A program made the translations under genes and the position numbers. The notes beneath the pieces were generated by a model. That model saw only the letters and a program-made list of their open reading frames with translations. It had not been told where the DNA came from and did no database searches. Below, piece by piece: positions 26,967 through 37,146 of a stretch of DNA of 40,230 nucleotides (positions are counted from its first letter, which is position 1; every line of letters begins with the position of its first letter). The DNA is from a virus (lineage: Duplodnaviria; Heunggongvirae; Uroviricota; Caudoviricetes): IMG/VR virus record IMGVR_UViG_2563366875_000002, positions 1 through 40,230 of that record, one strand, 5' to 3'.

Positions 26967-28799
26967 ATGGCTGAATTTGAGCTTAAGGCGTTGATCACCG
27001 GTGTCGACAGGCTTTCTCCCGCGTTGTCGAAAATACAAAAGAAAATCCGGGGATTTAAACGCCAGGCGGAAGAAGCGTCACAGGGTGGGCTGGCGCTTGG
27101 TGGCGGACTGGCAGCGGGTCTGACGCTTTCCCTGAAATCTTATGCCGATCAGGAAAACGCCGCCACCGGGCTGAAAGTCGCCATGATGGATGCGAACGGC
27201 GAGGTTGGAAAGAGCTTTCAGGACATCAATAAACTGGCTATTGGCCTGGGTAACCAGCTACCTGGTACAACGGCTGATTTCCAGAACATGATGCAGATGC
27301 TGGTGCGTCAGGGGATCCCGGCAGAAAACATTCTGGGTGGTGTGGGTAAAGCGACAGCTTATCTTGCGGTACAACTGAAAAAAACACCGGAAGCGGCTGC
27401 TGAGTTTGCTGCAAAGATGCAGGATGCTACCGGAACGGCGTCAGAAGACATGATGGGGCTGTTCGACACTATCCAGAAGGCGTTTTATCTGGGCGTTGAC
27501 GATACCAACATGTTGTCCTTCTTCACTAAAACCAGTTCTGTTCTGAAGATGGTGAACAAGGATGGTCTTCAGGCTGCGCAGAGCCTTGCCCCCATCAGCG
27601 TCATGATGGATCAGATGGGGATGAACGGGGAGTCGGCAGGTAATGCCCTGCGAAAAGTTATCCAGTCCGGATTAAGCGTTAAGAAAATCAGGGACGTTAA
27701 TAAAGTTATGGCCCGCCAGAAACTCGGGGTACAGCTCGATTTTACTGACGGCAAAGGAAGTTTTGGCGGTCTTGATAACATGTTCAGGCAACTGGCAAAG
27801 CTGCGAAAACTGACCGACGTTAAGCGAACAGGTGTACTTAAGGCAATATTTGGTGATGATGCCGAAACCCTTCAGGTGGTCAATGCACTAATCGATAAAG
27901 GAAAGGATGGCTACGATCAGATCCAGCAGAAGATGAATAAACAGGCCAGCCTGAATAAACGTGTTCAGGCACAGCTTGGTACGCTGTCCAACCTGTGGGA
28001 GGCAATGACAGGGACCGCAACTAACGGCCTTGCGGCTATTGGCGGCGCATTTTCTGGTGACGCTAAAAATATCACACAATGGCTTGGGGAGTTGGGGGAG
28101 AAATTCACGAAGTTTGCGGATGAAAATCCCCGGGTTATTCGCGGCGTCGTCGGGCTTGCTGCCGGTCTTGCGATTCTGAAACTGGGATTGATGGGCGTGG
28201 GCAGTGCCATCAGTATTGTCAGCAGGATTATGTCGATGACGCCGATTGGCATGATTGCGACGGCGATTGCTCTGGCTGCGGGATTAATTATCACTAACTG
28301 GGATGTTGTCGGACCTTATTTCAAGAAGCTCTGGGAAACCATTGGTCCTTATTTTGAGGCAGGTTGGGAACTTCTGAAGAAGGTTTTTGCCTGGTCGCCG
28401 CTGGGGATGGTGATCAATAACTGGGGACCGGTTGTTAAGTGGTTTCAGGATATGTGGGACAAGCTGAAGCCAATTATTGAGTGGTTTACCGACAGTTCCG
28501 GTGACACGGTCGATGCCATTAACTCTGCGCAGTGGGGCGCGGGTGCTTATGATGCTTATGGGACGGGAATACCGGCGCGGGGATACACACCTTATCCGGC
28601 GGTGGATCCGGCTCAGTCAAACAACGCCTCCGATGCCATAGGCTCGAATCCCTTCATGATTAACAAAGCTTCTGTGCCAAAAGTTGATGGTGAGATCAAG
28701 GTATCTTTTGTGAATTCGCCTCCGGGTATGCGGGTTATGGAAACGCGATCCAGCGGTTTTGATGTCAGCCATGATGTTGGCTATACGCGGTTCAGGTAG
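26967..28799 (+). CDS. tail tape measure protein
   Basis: 610 aa; Gly/Ala-rich with hydrophobic central segments; position after chaperone. Confidence 0.88.
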   Translation: MAEFELKALITGVDRLSPALSKIQKKIRGFKRQAEEASQGGLALGGGLAAGLTLSLKSYADQENAATGLKVAMMDANGEVGKSFQDINKLAIGLGNQLPGTTADFQNMMQMLVRQGIPAENILGGVGKATAYLAVQLKKTPEAAAEFAAKMQDATGTASEDMMGLFDTIQKAFYLGVDDTNMLSFFTKTSSVLKMVNKDGLQAAQSLAPISVMMDQMGMNGESAGNALRKVIQSGLSVKKIRDVNKVMARQKLGVQLDFTDGKGSFGGLDNMFRQLAKLRKLTDVKRTGVLKAIFGDDAETLQVVNALIDKGKDGYDQIQQKMNKQASLNKRVQAQLGTLSNLWEAMTGTATNGLAAIGGAFSGDAKNITQWLGELGEKFTKFADENPRVIRGVVGLAAGLAILKLGLMGVGSAISIVSRIMSMTPIGMIATAIALAAGLIITNWDVVGPYFKKLWETIGPYFEAGWELLKKVFAWSPLGMVINNWGPVVKWFQDMWDKLKPIIEWFTDSSGDTVDAINSAQWGAGAYDAYGTGIPARGYTPYPAVDPAQSNNASDAIGSNPFMINKASVPKVDGEIKVSFVNSPPGMRVMETRSSGFDVSHDVGYTRFR

Positions 28800-28898
28800 T
28801 GTACAAAATGATTAATGTGTTTTTGTCTGGCATAATTTGGGTTTTCAGCTTTAAGTAGTTAATATAATCATTCCTTACAAATGATTGAAGGGATGATT

Positions 28899-29393
28899 AT
28901 GCGTATCTTTGTTTTTTTTATATCTGCACTTTTATCTTTTAACTTGGCTGCGGAAGAGTGTAAGTTCAGCTTTAATGAGTCAGAATTAATCTCTTCTATA
29001 GGTATTGCACCAGTTAAGCAAGAGATAATAAAGGATGAAGGAATAACTAAGCGGCAATATGAATTCAGAAGAGAATTATCTTCTGAAGAAATGCTTAGTG
29101 ATGACGCTGATGAAAAATATGAGCCGCAGTTTTATATATCTGTTTATAATCCATCATGCCCACAAAAGGTTATTGTTTGGTTTTTCAAAGACAATAAAAA
29201 CACAATGGATTTAAGTAATGAGGTCCTTGCTGGTAGAGCGTTCAAGTATTTAACTGGTGTTAATGAAAGTATTTTTGAAAATAAAATGAAAAAGTTTTTA
29301 AAGGTACAGTCATTTGAATCTTTTGATGAAAGGACAGATTCTAAATTTATAAAGAGTGGTGATATTTATTCCATTGATGTTCAACTCAGATAG
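28899..29393 (+). CDS. secreted hypothetical protein (moron) with Sec-type signal peptide
   Basis: AT-rich ORF; start taken at ATG 28899 after GAAGGGA (ORF track starts 28881); signal peptide MRIFVFFISALLSFNLAAEE; TATAAT at 28863-28868. Confidence 0.6.
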   Translation: MRIFVFFISALLSFNLAAEECKFSFNESELISSIGIAPVKQEIIKDEGITKRQYEFRRELSSEEMLSDDADEKYEPQFYISVYNPSCPQKVIVWFFKDNKNTMDLSNEVLAGRAFKYLTGVNESIFENKMKKFLKVQSFESFDERTDSKFIKSGDIYSIDVQLR

Positions 29394-29412
29394 TAATTAA
29401 AAATATTAGGTT

Positions 29413-29469
29413 CCCGCCACATCTTCTGCGATGTAAATAACTGACAAAGCAGATTTGGCGGGTTTTTTG
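29413..29469 (+). terminator. putative rho-independent terminator after the moron
   Basis: stem CCCGCCA/TGGCGGG enclosing a structured loop, followed by TTTTTTG. Confidence 0.45.
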
Positions 29470-29483
29470 TATCCGGAGTTTAT

Positions 29484-30812
29484 ATGACGTGGAAAGACAG
29501 GCTTCAGGATGCGTCATTTCGCGGCGTACCGTTTAAGGTTGAAGAAGAAAGTGCGGGAACCGGTCGCCGTGTGGAAACACACGAATATCCGAACCGCGAC
29601 AAGCCCTATACCGAAGATCTGGGAAAAGTCACTTTCCGCCCGTCCATCACAGCTTATGTGGTGGGAGATGACTGCTTTGACCAGCGCGATCGCCTGATTG
29701 AAGCGCTGAATAAACCCGGTCCCGGCACGCTTGTCCACCCGACATATGGTGAGCTGAAAGTCTGTGTTGACGGGGAAGTTCGGGTCAGCACATCGAAAAG
29801 TGAAGGGCGTATTGTCCGCTTTGACCTGAAGTTTGTCGAAGCAGGAGAACTCTCTTACCCCACATCAGGTGTGGCGACGGCGCAGACGCTGATGTCATCC
29901 TGTTCTGCACTGGATGACTGCATCAGTGACAGCTTCAGCGGTTTCAGTATCGATGGTGTGGCGGATTTCGTGCAGAACGACGTCGTCGGTAATGCCAGCA
30001 CAATGCTTGGGTATGTTTCTGATGCGATGAAAGTGGTGGATTCTGCCGTATCGGATGCCGCCAGGCTGTTGCAGGGGGATATCTCGGTACTTCTGCCGCC
30101 GCCATCGTCAGGCAAAAATTTCGTTGAGCAGGTGCAGAAAATGTGGCGTACCGGGAAACGCCTTTATGGTAACGCCAGCGACCTGGTCACCATGATCAAA
30201 ACGCTTTCCGGTGTCAGCCTCGGCAGCGATCTGCAACCGCGCGGCGTCTGGAAAACGGACAGTAAAACCACCGCCACGGCTACGCAGCAGCGTAACGTGG
30301 TTGCCAGCACCCTTCGTACGACCGCAATCAGCGAAGCGGCGTATGCCGTCACCCGATTGCCTGCGCCAACAACTTCCGCGGTGATGCAGAATGCCGCAGT
30401 GGGGCAGGCAACAACACCTGCGCAGAGCACTGGCTGGCCTTCCGTCACGCATCCGGCACTGAACAATGCACCGGCGGTGAAAAACACAGTTGACCTGCCG
30501 ACGTGGGAAGAACTGACTGACATTCGCGACACACTGAATACGGCAATTGATAAGGAGTTGTCCCGTACAACCAGTGATGCGCTGTTTCTGGCGCTGCGCC
30601 GGGTGAAAGCAGATCTGAATGCGGATATCAACACGCGCCTTGAACAGTCTGCACGGATCATTCAGCGCACACCGGATGAGGTTTTACCCGCGCTGGTGCT
30701 GGCGGCGACCTGGTTTGATAACGCGGCGCGTGACGCGGACATTATTCGGCGTAATGCCATTACGCATCCCGGCTTTGTGCCGGTGATCCCTCTGAAGGTG
30801 CCAGTGCAATGA
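29484..30812 (+). CDS. DNA circulation protein (Mu gpN-like)
   Basis: 442 aa; position immediately after tape measure in a Mu-like tail module. Confidence 0.8.
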   Translation: MTWKDRLQDASFRGVPFKVEEESAGTGRRVETHEYPNRDKPYTEDLGKVTFRPSITAYVVGDDCFDQRDRLIEALNKPGPGTLVHPTYGELKVCVDGEVRVSTSKSEGRIVRFDLKFVEAGELSYPTSGVATAQTLMSSCSALDDCISDSFSGFSIDGVADFVQNDVVGNASTMLGYVSDAMKVVDSAVSDAARLLQGDISVLLPPPSSGKNFVEQVQKMWRTGKRLYGNASDLVTMIKTLSGVSLGSDLQPRGVWKTDSKTTATATQQRNVVASTLRTTAISEAAYAVTRLPAPTTSAVMQNAAVGQATTPAQSTGWPSVTHPALNNAPAVKNTVDLPTWEELTDIRDTLNTAIDKELSRTTSDALFLALRRVKADLNADINTRLEQSARIIQRTPDEVLPALVLAATWFDNAARDADIIRRNAITHPGFVPVIPLKVPVQ

Positions 30813-31888
30813 ACGACAATGTCACGCTACGGGTAAATGACCGGGAGTGGAATGGCTGGACATCGGTGCGCATCGGTGCCGGTATTGAACGGCTGGCGCG
30901 GGATTTCAGTGTGGAGATCACCCGCCAGTGGCCGGGTGATGAGGGTATCACCACGCTTCAGCCGCGCATTAAAAACGGTTCAAAAGTGGAGGTGCTGATT
31001 GGTGATGAGCTGGTGATCACCGGCTGGGTGGAGGCGACGCCCGTTCGTTACGATGCCCGTTCGGTCAGCACCGGTATTGCCGGACGCAGTCTGACCGCTG
31101 ACCTGATTGACTGTGCAGCCGAACCGACACAGTTTAACGGACGATCGCTGGTACAGATAGCGCAGGCGCTTGCTGCGCCTTTCGGCATTGAGGTGGTGAA
31201 CAACGGTGCGCCGTCGGGTGTTATTCCTGACGTCCAGCCTGATCACGGTGAAACGGTGATCGAGGTGATCAACAAAATACTCGGTCAGCAGCAGGCGCTG
31301 GCTTATGACGACCCGCACGGCAGGCTGGTGATTGGTGGTATTGGCTCAACGCGGGCACATACCGCGCTGGTACTTGGGGAAAACATCCTTTCCTGTGATA
31401 CGGAGAAGAGTATCCGGGAGCGGTTTTCAGTTTACCAGGTGGCGGGGCAGCGTGCCGGAAACGACGATGATTTCGGTGAGGCCACCACCACCGCGCTGCG
31501 GGCCCGCACAGAGGATGCATTTATTGCCCGTTACCGTCCGATGTATATCAGGCAGACAGGGCAGGCTACGGGGGCAGGCTGTATTGCGCGTGCTGACTTT
31601 GAAGCCCGACAACGGGCGGCGCGGACGGATGAAACCACCTATGTGGTGCAGGGCTGGCGACAGGGTAACGGTACGCTGTGGCAGCCCAACCAGCGGGTGA
31701 TTGTCTTCGATCCGGTCTGTGGTTTCGACAATACCGAACTGCTTGTCTCGGAAGTCACGTTTACTCAGGACCAGAATGGCACCCTGACGGAAATCCGTGT
31801 CGGCCCACCTGATGCTTATCTGCCTGAACCCGAAGCCCCCGGCGCGCGGAAAAAGAAAAAAGCCAGAGTACAGGAGGACCCGTTCTGA
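30809..31888 (+). CDS. baseplate hub protein (Mu gpP-like)
   Basis: 359 aa; position and coupling within baseplate cluster. Confidence 0.78.
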   Translation: MNDNVTLRVNDREWNGWTSVRIGAGIERLARDFSVEITRQWPGDEGITTLQPRIKNGSKVEVLIGDELVITGWVEATPVRYDARSVSTGIAGRSLTADLIDCAAEPTQFNGRSLVQIAQALAAPFGIEVVNNGAPSGVIPDVQPDHGETVIEVINKILGQQQALAYDDPHGRLVIGGIGSTRAHTALVLGENILSCDTEKSIRERFSVYQVAGQRAGNDDDFGEATTTALRARTEDAFIARYRPMYIRQTGQATGAGCIARADFEARQRAARTDETTYVVQGWRQGNGTLWQPNQRVIVFDPVCGFDNTELLVSEVTFTQDQNGTLTEIRVGPPDAYLPEPEAPGARKKKKARVQEDPF

Positions 31889-32436
31889 TGAAGGCGATTG
31901 AAACCATACAGCGACAACTCCTCGGCCTGATTGGGCGGGCGGTGGTGAAAAGCATCAGTGCCGCCACGAAATGTCAGACCGTGGATGTGTCCCTGATTGC
32001 CGGTGAACCCAAAGCCGGGGTTGAACATCTTGAACCCTACGGTTTTACCGCAAGGGCAAACAGCGGTGCGGAAGCGGTGGTGTTGTTTCCGGATGGTGAC
32101 CGTTCTCATGCGGTGGTTGTTACGGTGTCGGACCGGCGCTACCGCCTGAAAGGGCTGCAGACGGGTGAGGTTGCTGTCTATGACGATCAGGGGCAGTCCG
32201 TGACGCTGACCCGGGCGGGGATCGTGGTGGACGGTGCAGGTAAAACGATCACGTTTCGCAATGCGCCTAAGGCTCGTTTTGAAATGGACCTGGAAGTGAC
32301 CGGACAGGTGAAAGACCTGTGCGACTCCAGCGGCACCACCATGTCAGCGATGCGGCTTGCCTATAACGGGCATCGTCACAGAGAGAACGGTCAGGGCAGT
32401 AACACCGACAAACCTGATAAAGCGATGGAGGCATGA
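31888..32436 (+). CDS. baseplate spike / assembly protein V
   Basis: 182 aa; position in baseplate cluster. Confidence 0.78.
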   Translation: MKAIETIQRQLLGLIGRAVVKSISAATKCQTVDVSLIAGEPKAGVEHLEPYGFTARANSGAEAVVLFPDGDRSHAVVVTVSDRRYRLKGLQTGEVAVYDDQGQSVTLTRAGIVVDGAGKTITFRNAPKARFEMDLEVTGQVKDLCDSSGTTMSAMRLAYNGHRHRENGQGSNTDKPDKAMEA

Positions 32437-32861
32437 TGGAACTGTGGCTGACGGTGAACGGTAAACGCACCTGCGCCAGCGCACCGCTGGATCCGCTGAC
32501 CCGTGCCGTGGTGATTTCCCTGTTCACCTGGCGGCGGGCTGAACCTGATGACAATGCCGACGTCCCGATGGGATGGTGGGGGGATACCTGGCCTGCGGTA
32601 CAGAATGACCGTTACGGCTCCCGACTTTGGCTGCTTCAGCGCAGCAAACTGACCAATCAGCTGGTGCAGACGGTAAGGGGGTATATCCGCGAATGCCTGC
32701 AATGGATGATTGATGACGGCGTGGTGTCCCGTATTGATCTGGATATCCGCCGCACCGGGATTAATGAACTGGGTAACAGTATCACTCTCTGGCGTCGTGA
32801 CGGACCGGTAATGATTTCTTTTGATGATCTGTGGAGTGCGATAACGCATGGCGGACAGTGA
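32433..32861 (+). CDS. baseplate protein (Mu gp46-like)
   Basis: 142 aa; position in baseplate cluster. Confidence 0.78.
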   Translation: MMELWLTVNGKRTCASAPLDPLTRAVVISLFTWRRAEPDDNADVPMGWWGDTWPAVQNDRYGSRLWLLQRSKLTNQLVQTVRGYIRECLQWMIDDGVVSRIDLDIRRTGINELGNSITLWRRDGPVMISFDDLWSAITHGGQ

Positions 32862-33906
32862 ATTTCAGCGCCCGACGCTGGCAGAAAATATCAGTATGCT
32901 CCGTAACGATTTATTCGCCAGGCTGGACGTCAGCGACACGCTCCGGCGCATGGATGAAGACGTGCGGGCAAAGGTGTATGCGGCGGCGCTGCATACGGTT
33001 TACGGTTACATCGATTATCTGGCAATGAACATGCTGCCTGACCTGTGCGATGAGTCCTGGCTGGCGCGACATGCTGCGATGAAACGGTGTCCGCGCAAGG
33101 GAGCCACGGCTGCCAGTGGGTATATGCGCTGGGAAGGTGTCAGCGATGGCCTGAAGGTGACCGCCGGGAGTGTTATTCAGCGCGATGACCTGGTGCAGTA
33201 CACGACAACTGACGATGCAACCAGCTCCGGTGGTGTCCTGCGCGTGCCGATCGCCTGCTCAAGTGCAGGTGCGGTCGGTAACGCTGACGACGGTACGGCA
33301 TTAATCCTGGTCACGCCGGTGAATGGTCTGCCGTCTTCCGGTGTGGCTGACACCCTGACAGGCGGATTTGATACTGAAGAGCTGGAAACGTGGCGCGCCC
33401 GCGTCATTGAGCGGTATTACTGGACGCCGCAGGGCGGGGCTGACGGGGACTATGTTGTCTGGGCTAAAGAAGTGCCCGGCATTACCCGCGCATGGACATA
33501 CCGTCACTGGATGGGAACGGGAACTGTCGGTGTGATGATTGCCAGCAGTGACCTGATTAATCCCATTCCGGAAGAATCAACGGAAACGGCGGCAAGACAA
33601 CATATCGAGCCACTGGCCCCGGTGGCAGGCTCTGATTTGTATGTGTTCAGGCCGGTGGCACATACGGTGGATTTTCATATCCGTGTGACGCCGGACACAC
33701 CGGAAATACGGGCTGCCATCACCGCGGAGTTGCGTTCGTTCCTGCTGCGTGATGGTTATCCGCAGGGAGAACTGAAGGTATCGCGTATCAGTGAGGCGAT
33801 TTCCGGTGCGAACGGGGAATACAGCCATCAGTTGCTTGCACCGGCAGACAATATCTCCATTGCAAAAAATGAACTGGCGGTACTGGGGACGATTTCATGG
33901 ACGTGA
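32848..33906 (+). CDS. baseplate J-like protein
   Basis: 352 aa; position in baseplate cluster. Confidence 0.82.
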   Translation: MADSEFQRPTLAENISMLRNDLFARLDVSDTLRRMDEDVRAKVYAAALHTVYGYIDYLAMNMLPDLCDESWLARHAAMKRCPRKGATAASGYMRWEGVSDGLKVTAGSVIQRDDLVQYTTTDDATSSGGVLRVPIACSSAGAVGNADDGTALILVTPVNGLPSSGVADTLTGGFDTEELETWRARVIERYYWTPQGGADGDYVVWAKEVPGITRAWTYRHWMGTGTVGVMIASSDLINPIPEESTETAARQHIEPLAPVAGSDLYVFRPVAHTVDFHIRVTPDTPEIRAAITAELRSFLLRDGYPQGELKVSRISEAISGANGEYSHQLLAPADNISIAKNELAVLGTISWT

Positions 33907-34481
33907 CAAACGATGATTACATCCGTCTGTTGTCGGCACTGTTGCCCCCCGGTCCGGCGTGGTCAGCCAGCGATCCGGCGATTGCCGGTGCGGCACCGTC
34001 ATTAACCCGCGTTCATCAGCGTGCGGATGCCCTGATGCGGGAGCTGGATCCGCGCACCACCACTGAACTGATAAACCGCTGGGAGCGTCTGTGCGGTCTG
34101 CCGGATGAATGTATTCCCGCAGGGACACAGACCCTTCGCCAGCGTCAGCAACGGCTGGATGCGAAGGTTAACCTGGCGGGCGGCATCAACGAGAATTTTT
34201 ATCTTGCACAGCTTGCTGCCCTGGGCAGACCAGATGCCACCATCACGCGATACGACAAAAGCACGTTCACCTGCTCATCGGCCTGTACTGACGCTGTGAA
34301 CGCGCCTGAATGGCGGTATTACTGGCAGGTCAACATGCCAGCCGCCACCAACACCACCTGGATGACATGTGGCGATCCCTGTGATTCCGCACTGCGTATC
34401 TGGGGCGACACAGTTGTCGAATGTGTGCTTAACAAACTCTGCCCGTCGCATACCTACGTAATTTTTAAATATCCGGAGTAA
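33897..34481 (+). CDS. tail protein (Mu gp48-like)
   Basis: 194 aa; precedes tail fibre gene. Confidence 0.75.
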   Translation: MDVTNDDYIRLLSALLPPGPAWSASDPAIAGAAPSLTRVHQRADALMRELDPRTTTELINRWERLCGLPDECIPAGTQTLRQRQQRLDAKVNLAGGINENFYLAQLAALGRPDATITRYDKSTFTCSSACTDAVNAPEWRYYWQVNMPAATNTTWMTCGDPCDSALRIWGDTVVECVLNKLCPSHTYVIFKYPE

Positions 34482-34484
34482 TCC

Positions 34485-35228
34485 ATGCATCGTATAGACA
34501 CGAAAACCGCGCAGAAGGATAAGTTCGGCGCGGGTAAGAACGGTTTTACCCGTGGTAACCCCCAGACCGGCACGCCTGCCACCGATCTGGATGATGACTA
34601 CTTTGACATGTTGCAGGAGGAGCTTTGCAGCGTTGTGGAGGCGTCCGGTGCCAGCCTGGAGAAGGGGCGGCACGACCAGCTACTTACCGCGCTTCGCGCG
34701 CTGCTGTTAAGCCGCAAGAATCCGTTTGGCGATATCAAATCGGATGGCACGGTGAAAACGGCTCTCGAAAACCTTGGTTTGGGAGAAGCGGCAAAACGGA
34801 ATGTGGGCAACGGGGAAAACCAAATCCCTGATATGTCTTTCTGGACGGTTACTGGTGGCAATGGAAATTTTGTGATTCGTCAACCTGACGGGCTAATCAC
34901 TCAGATGGTTACTGTAAGTATAAGCGGTCCAGTGGCGATGAATGGAATGACTGATAATGCTTATGCCATTACAGGTTCTAATAAGTCTTATATTGCCACA
35001 GCCACATTGCCCTTTGTATTTCCTAATAAGGTGCTGGGCGTTATCCCTCTGGTATCAACAACAGCCTATGGGGGTGTATCCAGTAATATTACAGGTTCAT
35101 ACGCGACGGCGGTTTGTTCTTTTGCCGCTGTCCGGGGGAATAATACGATTGTATTCAAAGTCGACAAACCACTGAATGCAGCCTTTCCTTCAGATACCAG
35201 CGTCTCAGCGTTAATCATTGGACGGTAA
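34485..35228 (+). CDS. tail fibre protein (constant N-terminal part plus currently expressed variable C-terminal part)
   Basis: 247 aa; N-terminus [21 protein letters not shown] typical of Mu S-type fibres; crossover repeat inside the gene at 34774-34788. Confidence 0.8.
   Translation: MHRIDTKTAQKDKFGAGKNGFTRGNPQTGTPATDLDDDYFDMLQEELCSVVEASGASLEKGRHDQLLTALRALLLSRKNPFGDIKSDGTVKTALENLGLGEAAKRNVGNGENQIPDMSFWTVTGGNGNFVIRQPDGLITQMVTVSISGPVAMNGMTDNAYAITGSNKSYIATATLPFVFPNKVLGVIPLVSTTAYGGVSSNITGSYATAVCSFAAVRGNNTIVFKVDKPLNAAFPSDTSVSALIIGR
34774..34788. repeat. left recombination site of the invertible segment (TTGGTTTGGGAGAAG; core AAAACC-TT-GGTTT)
   Basis: perfect 15 bp inverted repeat with 36727-36741; palindromic core resembles gix/hix crossover sites. 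Confidence 0.7.
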
Positions 35229-35230
35229 TA

Positions 35231-35674
35231 ATGAACTCAGTATTCTTTTCACCCGGAAGTAAAAGTTTTTATCTACAAGAATTGTTTCCAGAATATGAGG
35301 ATGCGGGAACGCTTCCAGATGATGTTATTGAAATTACCCGAGAAACATATGAGCAATTTCTTGGGCTGCATCCAGAAGGGAAAGAAATTGGCGCTGACAG
35401 TTCAGGACGGCCAATATGGATTAATTCCCCACCGCCTTCAAAAGAGGATGAGGTGTTGATGGCTGAAATGAAAAAAATATCTTTGGTTTCAGAAGCCAAT
35501 ACTTACATCAATACCCATCAGTGGCCTGGCAAAGCTGCTATTGGTCGGCTGAAAGGTAACGAGCTGGCGCAATATAATTTGTGGCTGGATTATCTGGACG
35601 CACTGGAACTGGTTGATCCCTCCAGTGCTCCAGATATTGAATGGCCTACGCCTCCGGCAGTTCAGGCCAGATGA
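35231..35674 (+). CDS. tail fibre assembly protein
   Basis: 147 aa immediately after fibre gene; C-terminal region shared with the convergent minus-strand copy. Confidence 0.8.
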   Translation: MNSVFFSPGSKSFYLQELFPEYEDAGTLPDDVIEITRETYEQFLGLHPEGKEIGADSSGRPIWINSPPPSKEDEVLMAEMKKISLVSEANTYINTHQWPGKAAIGRLKGNELAQYNLWLDYLDALELVDPSSAPDIEWPTPPAVQAR

Positions 35675-36248
35675 CATCCGGTGCGGTGCTGGTATCTGTT
35701 GCCGTCACCGCGTCAATGTAATCCAGCGCAGCGTTAAGTCGGGCGGTTTCTGCCTGCGTCAGGTTCCGTCCGGCCTGTAATTTCAGTTGAATCAGACTGA
35801 TAGAAGCCATTGCTGTATCAATCAGCGACTGGCGCTGTGCTTCTGCTGCATCTACTACGGCGCTATGCTGTGCCTCGGTATCCGTCACCCATTTCTCACC
35901 ATCCCATTTATCGTATGGCGTTAACGGGGCGATAGTGGTTGTATTATCAGGGTAATCACCCGGTGCTGTGATTTCTTTTGATTCTCCTGTTTCGGTGTTA
36001 TAGACGATTTCACCGCGATGGTCTGGTACATATTCCCATGAGTTAAAATCTGCAGAGCGGCAGATTGCATAACCAGCTTTGTAGGTGCCTGGAGCATCTA
36101 AACAGGAATATGCCGGAATGCCGACACCAACAGCAAGATATTCAGTTGAAGCTGAAATATACTCCCGACTCATGACGTCAAAGTTATAAACAGTAATTTC
36201 TCCTGCCATAGTGGCAATTAATTCACTGTTTAATTCTGCGTTATTCAT
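35646..36248 (-). CDS. alternative tail fibre assembly protein
   Basis: 200 aa convergent with the plus-strand copy; conserved C-terminus (DVIWPELPEA versus DIEWPTPPAV). Confidence 0.78.
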   Translation of the reverse strand: MNNAELNSELIATMAGEITVYNFDVMSREYISASTEYLAVGVGIPAYSCLDAPGTYKAGYAICRSADFNSWEYVPDHRGEIVYNTETGESKEITAPGDYPDNTTTIAPLTPYDKWDGEKWVTDTEAQHSAVVDAAEAQRQSLIDTAMASISLIQLKLQAGRNLTQAETARLNAALDYIDAVTATDTSTAPDVIWPELPEA

Positions 36249-36741
36249 TATGCAGCCCTCACAATATAGTTAAAAGCGACATTTCGTGGGCGTGTTTCAT
36301 TCGCACCTGCAGGTTTAGTCGTTGCCGCAACAACACCACCCTCTGTAATAGCCGGGTTAGGAATTGGGTAATTATCGAAGTCAATGGCCGGAGACAGGGG
36401 CGTGATTTGTTTTAAAATCGTGGTGCCTGTAAAACTTTCCAGAGTCTGGTCGTTAGTTCGTGAAGTCCAGATTCCCCAATAGTGGTTATGACTGACAATC
36501 GCACCGTCCTGAAGCGTTAATAATCCCCTTCCGTTATCCACTCCACGTCCGTCATCCCAGCCACGAATAAACTCACCGCGTAAATCAGGCAATTTATTTG
36601 TCGGGTAAGCCTTTGCCAGTTCCGGGTATTCTTCAGCAGAAAAAGCCGCACCATTGCACTTCAGCCAGCCTGTCGGCGGAGTGGCGGAAGGCCACGGAAC
36701 AGGCACACCAACAGGTAATGCAGAGCCTTCTCCCAAACCAA
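36248..36741 (-). CDS. alternative tail fibre variable C-terminal part (no own start; fused to the constant part after inversion)
   Basis: reading frame begins at the crossover repeat with VGLGEGSALPVG; tail-collar-like LPDLRGEFIRGWDDGRG motif. Confidence 0.7.
36727..36741. repeat. right recombination site of the invertible segment (inverted copy)
   Basis: CTTCTCCCAAACCAA is the exact reverse complement of 34774-34788; lies just upstream of the invertase gene. Confidence 0.7.
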
Positions 36742-36807
36742 CGTTTATGAAAATGTAGAAATAACGAGCAAATGGCATCATTCCTGCTTTTGTCAGGGAG
36801 ATCTACC

Positions 36808-37146
36808 ATGCTTATTGGCTATGTACGTGTGTCAACAAATGACCAGAACACAGATCTACAACGTAATGCGCTGAACTGTGCAGGATGCGAGCTGATTTTT
36901 GAAGACAAGATAAGCGGTACAAAGTCCGAAAGGCCTGGACTGAAAAAACTGCTCAGGACATTATCGGCAGGTGATACGCTGGTGGTCTGGAAACTGGACC
37001 GACTGGGGCGCAGTATGCGGCATCTTGTCGTGCTGGTGGACGAAGATTTAGAGCATGAGTTAATTAATGGCGGTTTGTCCCACTATTGTGGTTGGTATCC
37101 CCATAGAACAGGGCAAGATATAGTTGTTCATCATGTTCACTCATAA
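36808..37146 (+). pseudogene. serine DNA invertase (Gin/Pin/Hin family), 3'-truncated
   Basis: N-terminal about 95 residues match the Gin family from memory (MLIGYVRVSTNDQNTDLQRNAL...TLVVWKLDRLGRSM); similarity is lost after about nt 37100; ORF ends at 112 aa versus about 190 aa expected; C-terminal DNA-binding domain absent. Confidence 0.8.

Larger units (their letters stand above)
34775..36740. other. invertible tail-fibre host-range segment (Mu G / P1 C-like)
   Basis: convergent alternative fibre C-termini and assembly genes bounded by 15 bp inverted repeats, with a serine invertase gene adjacent; fusion stays in frame (same codon phase in both repeats). Confidence 0.72.
1445..37100. mobile_element. 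integrated temperate prophage (lambdoid regulation, HK97-like head, Mu-like contractile tail); left end at tRNA-Thr, right end disrupted inside the invertase gene
   Basis: integrase directly 3' of the tRNA; contiguous phage modules (immunity, replication, Q, lysis, packaging, head, tail, invertible fibre); no attR copy of the tRNA 3' end seen by eye. Confidence 0.85.
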
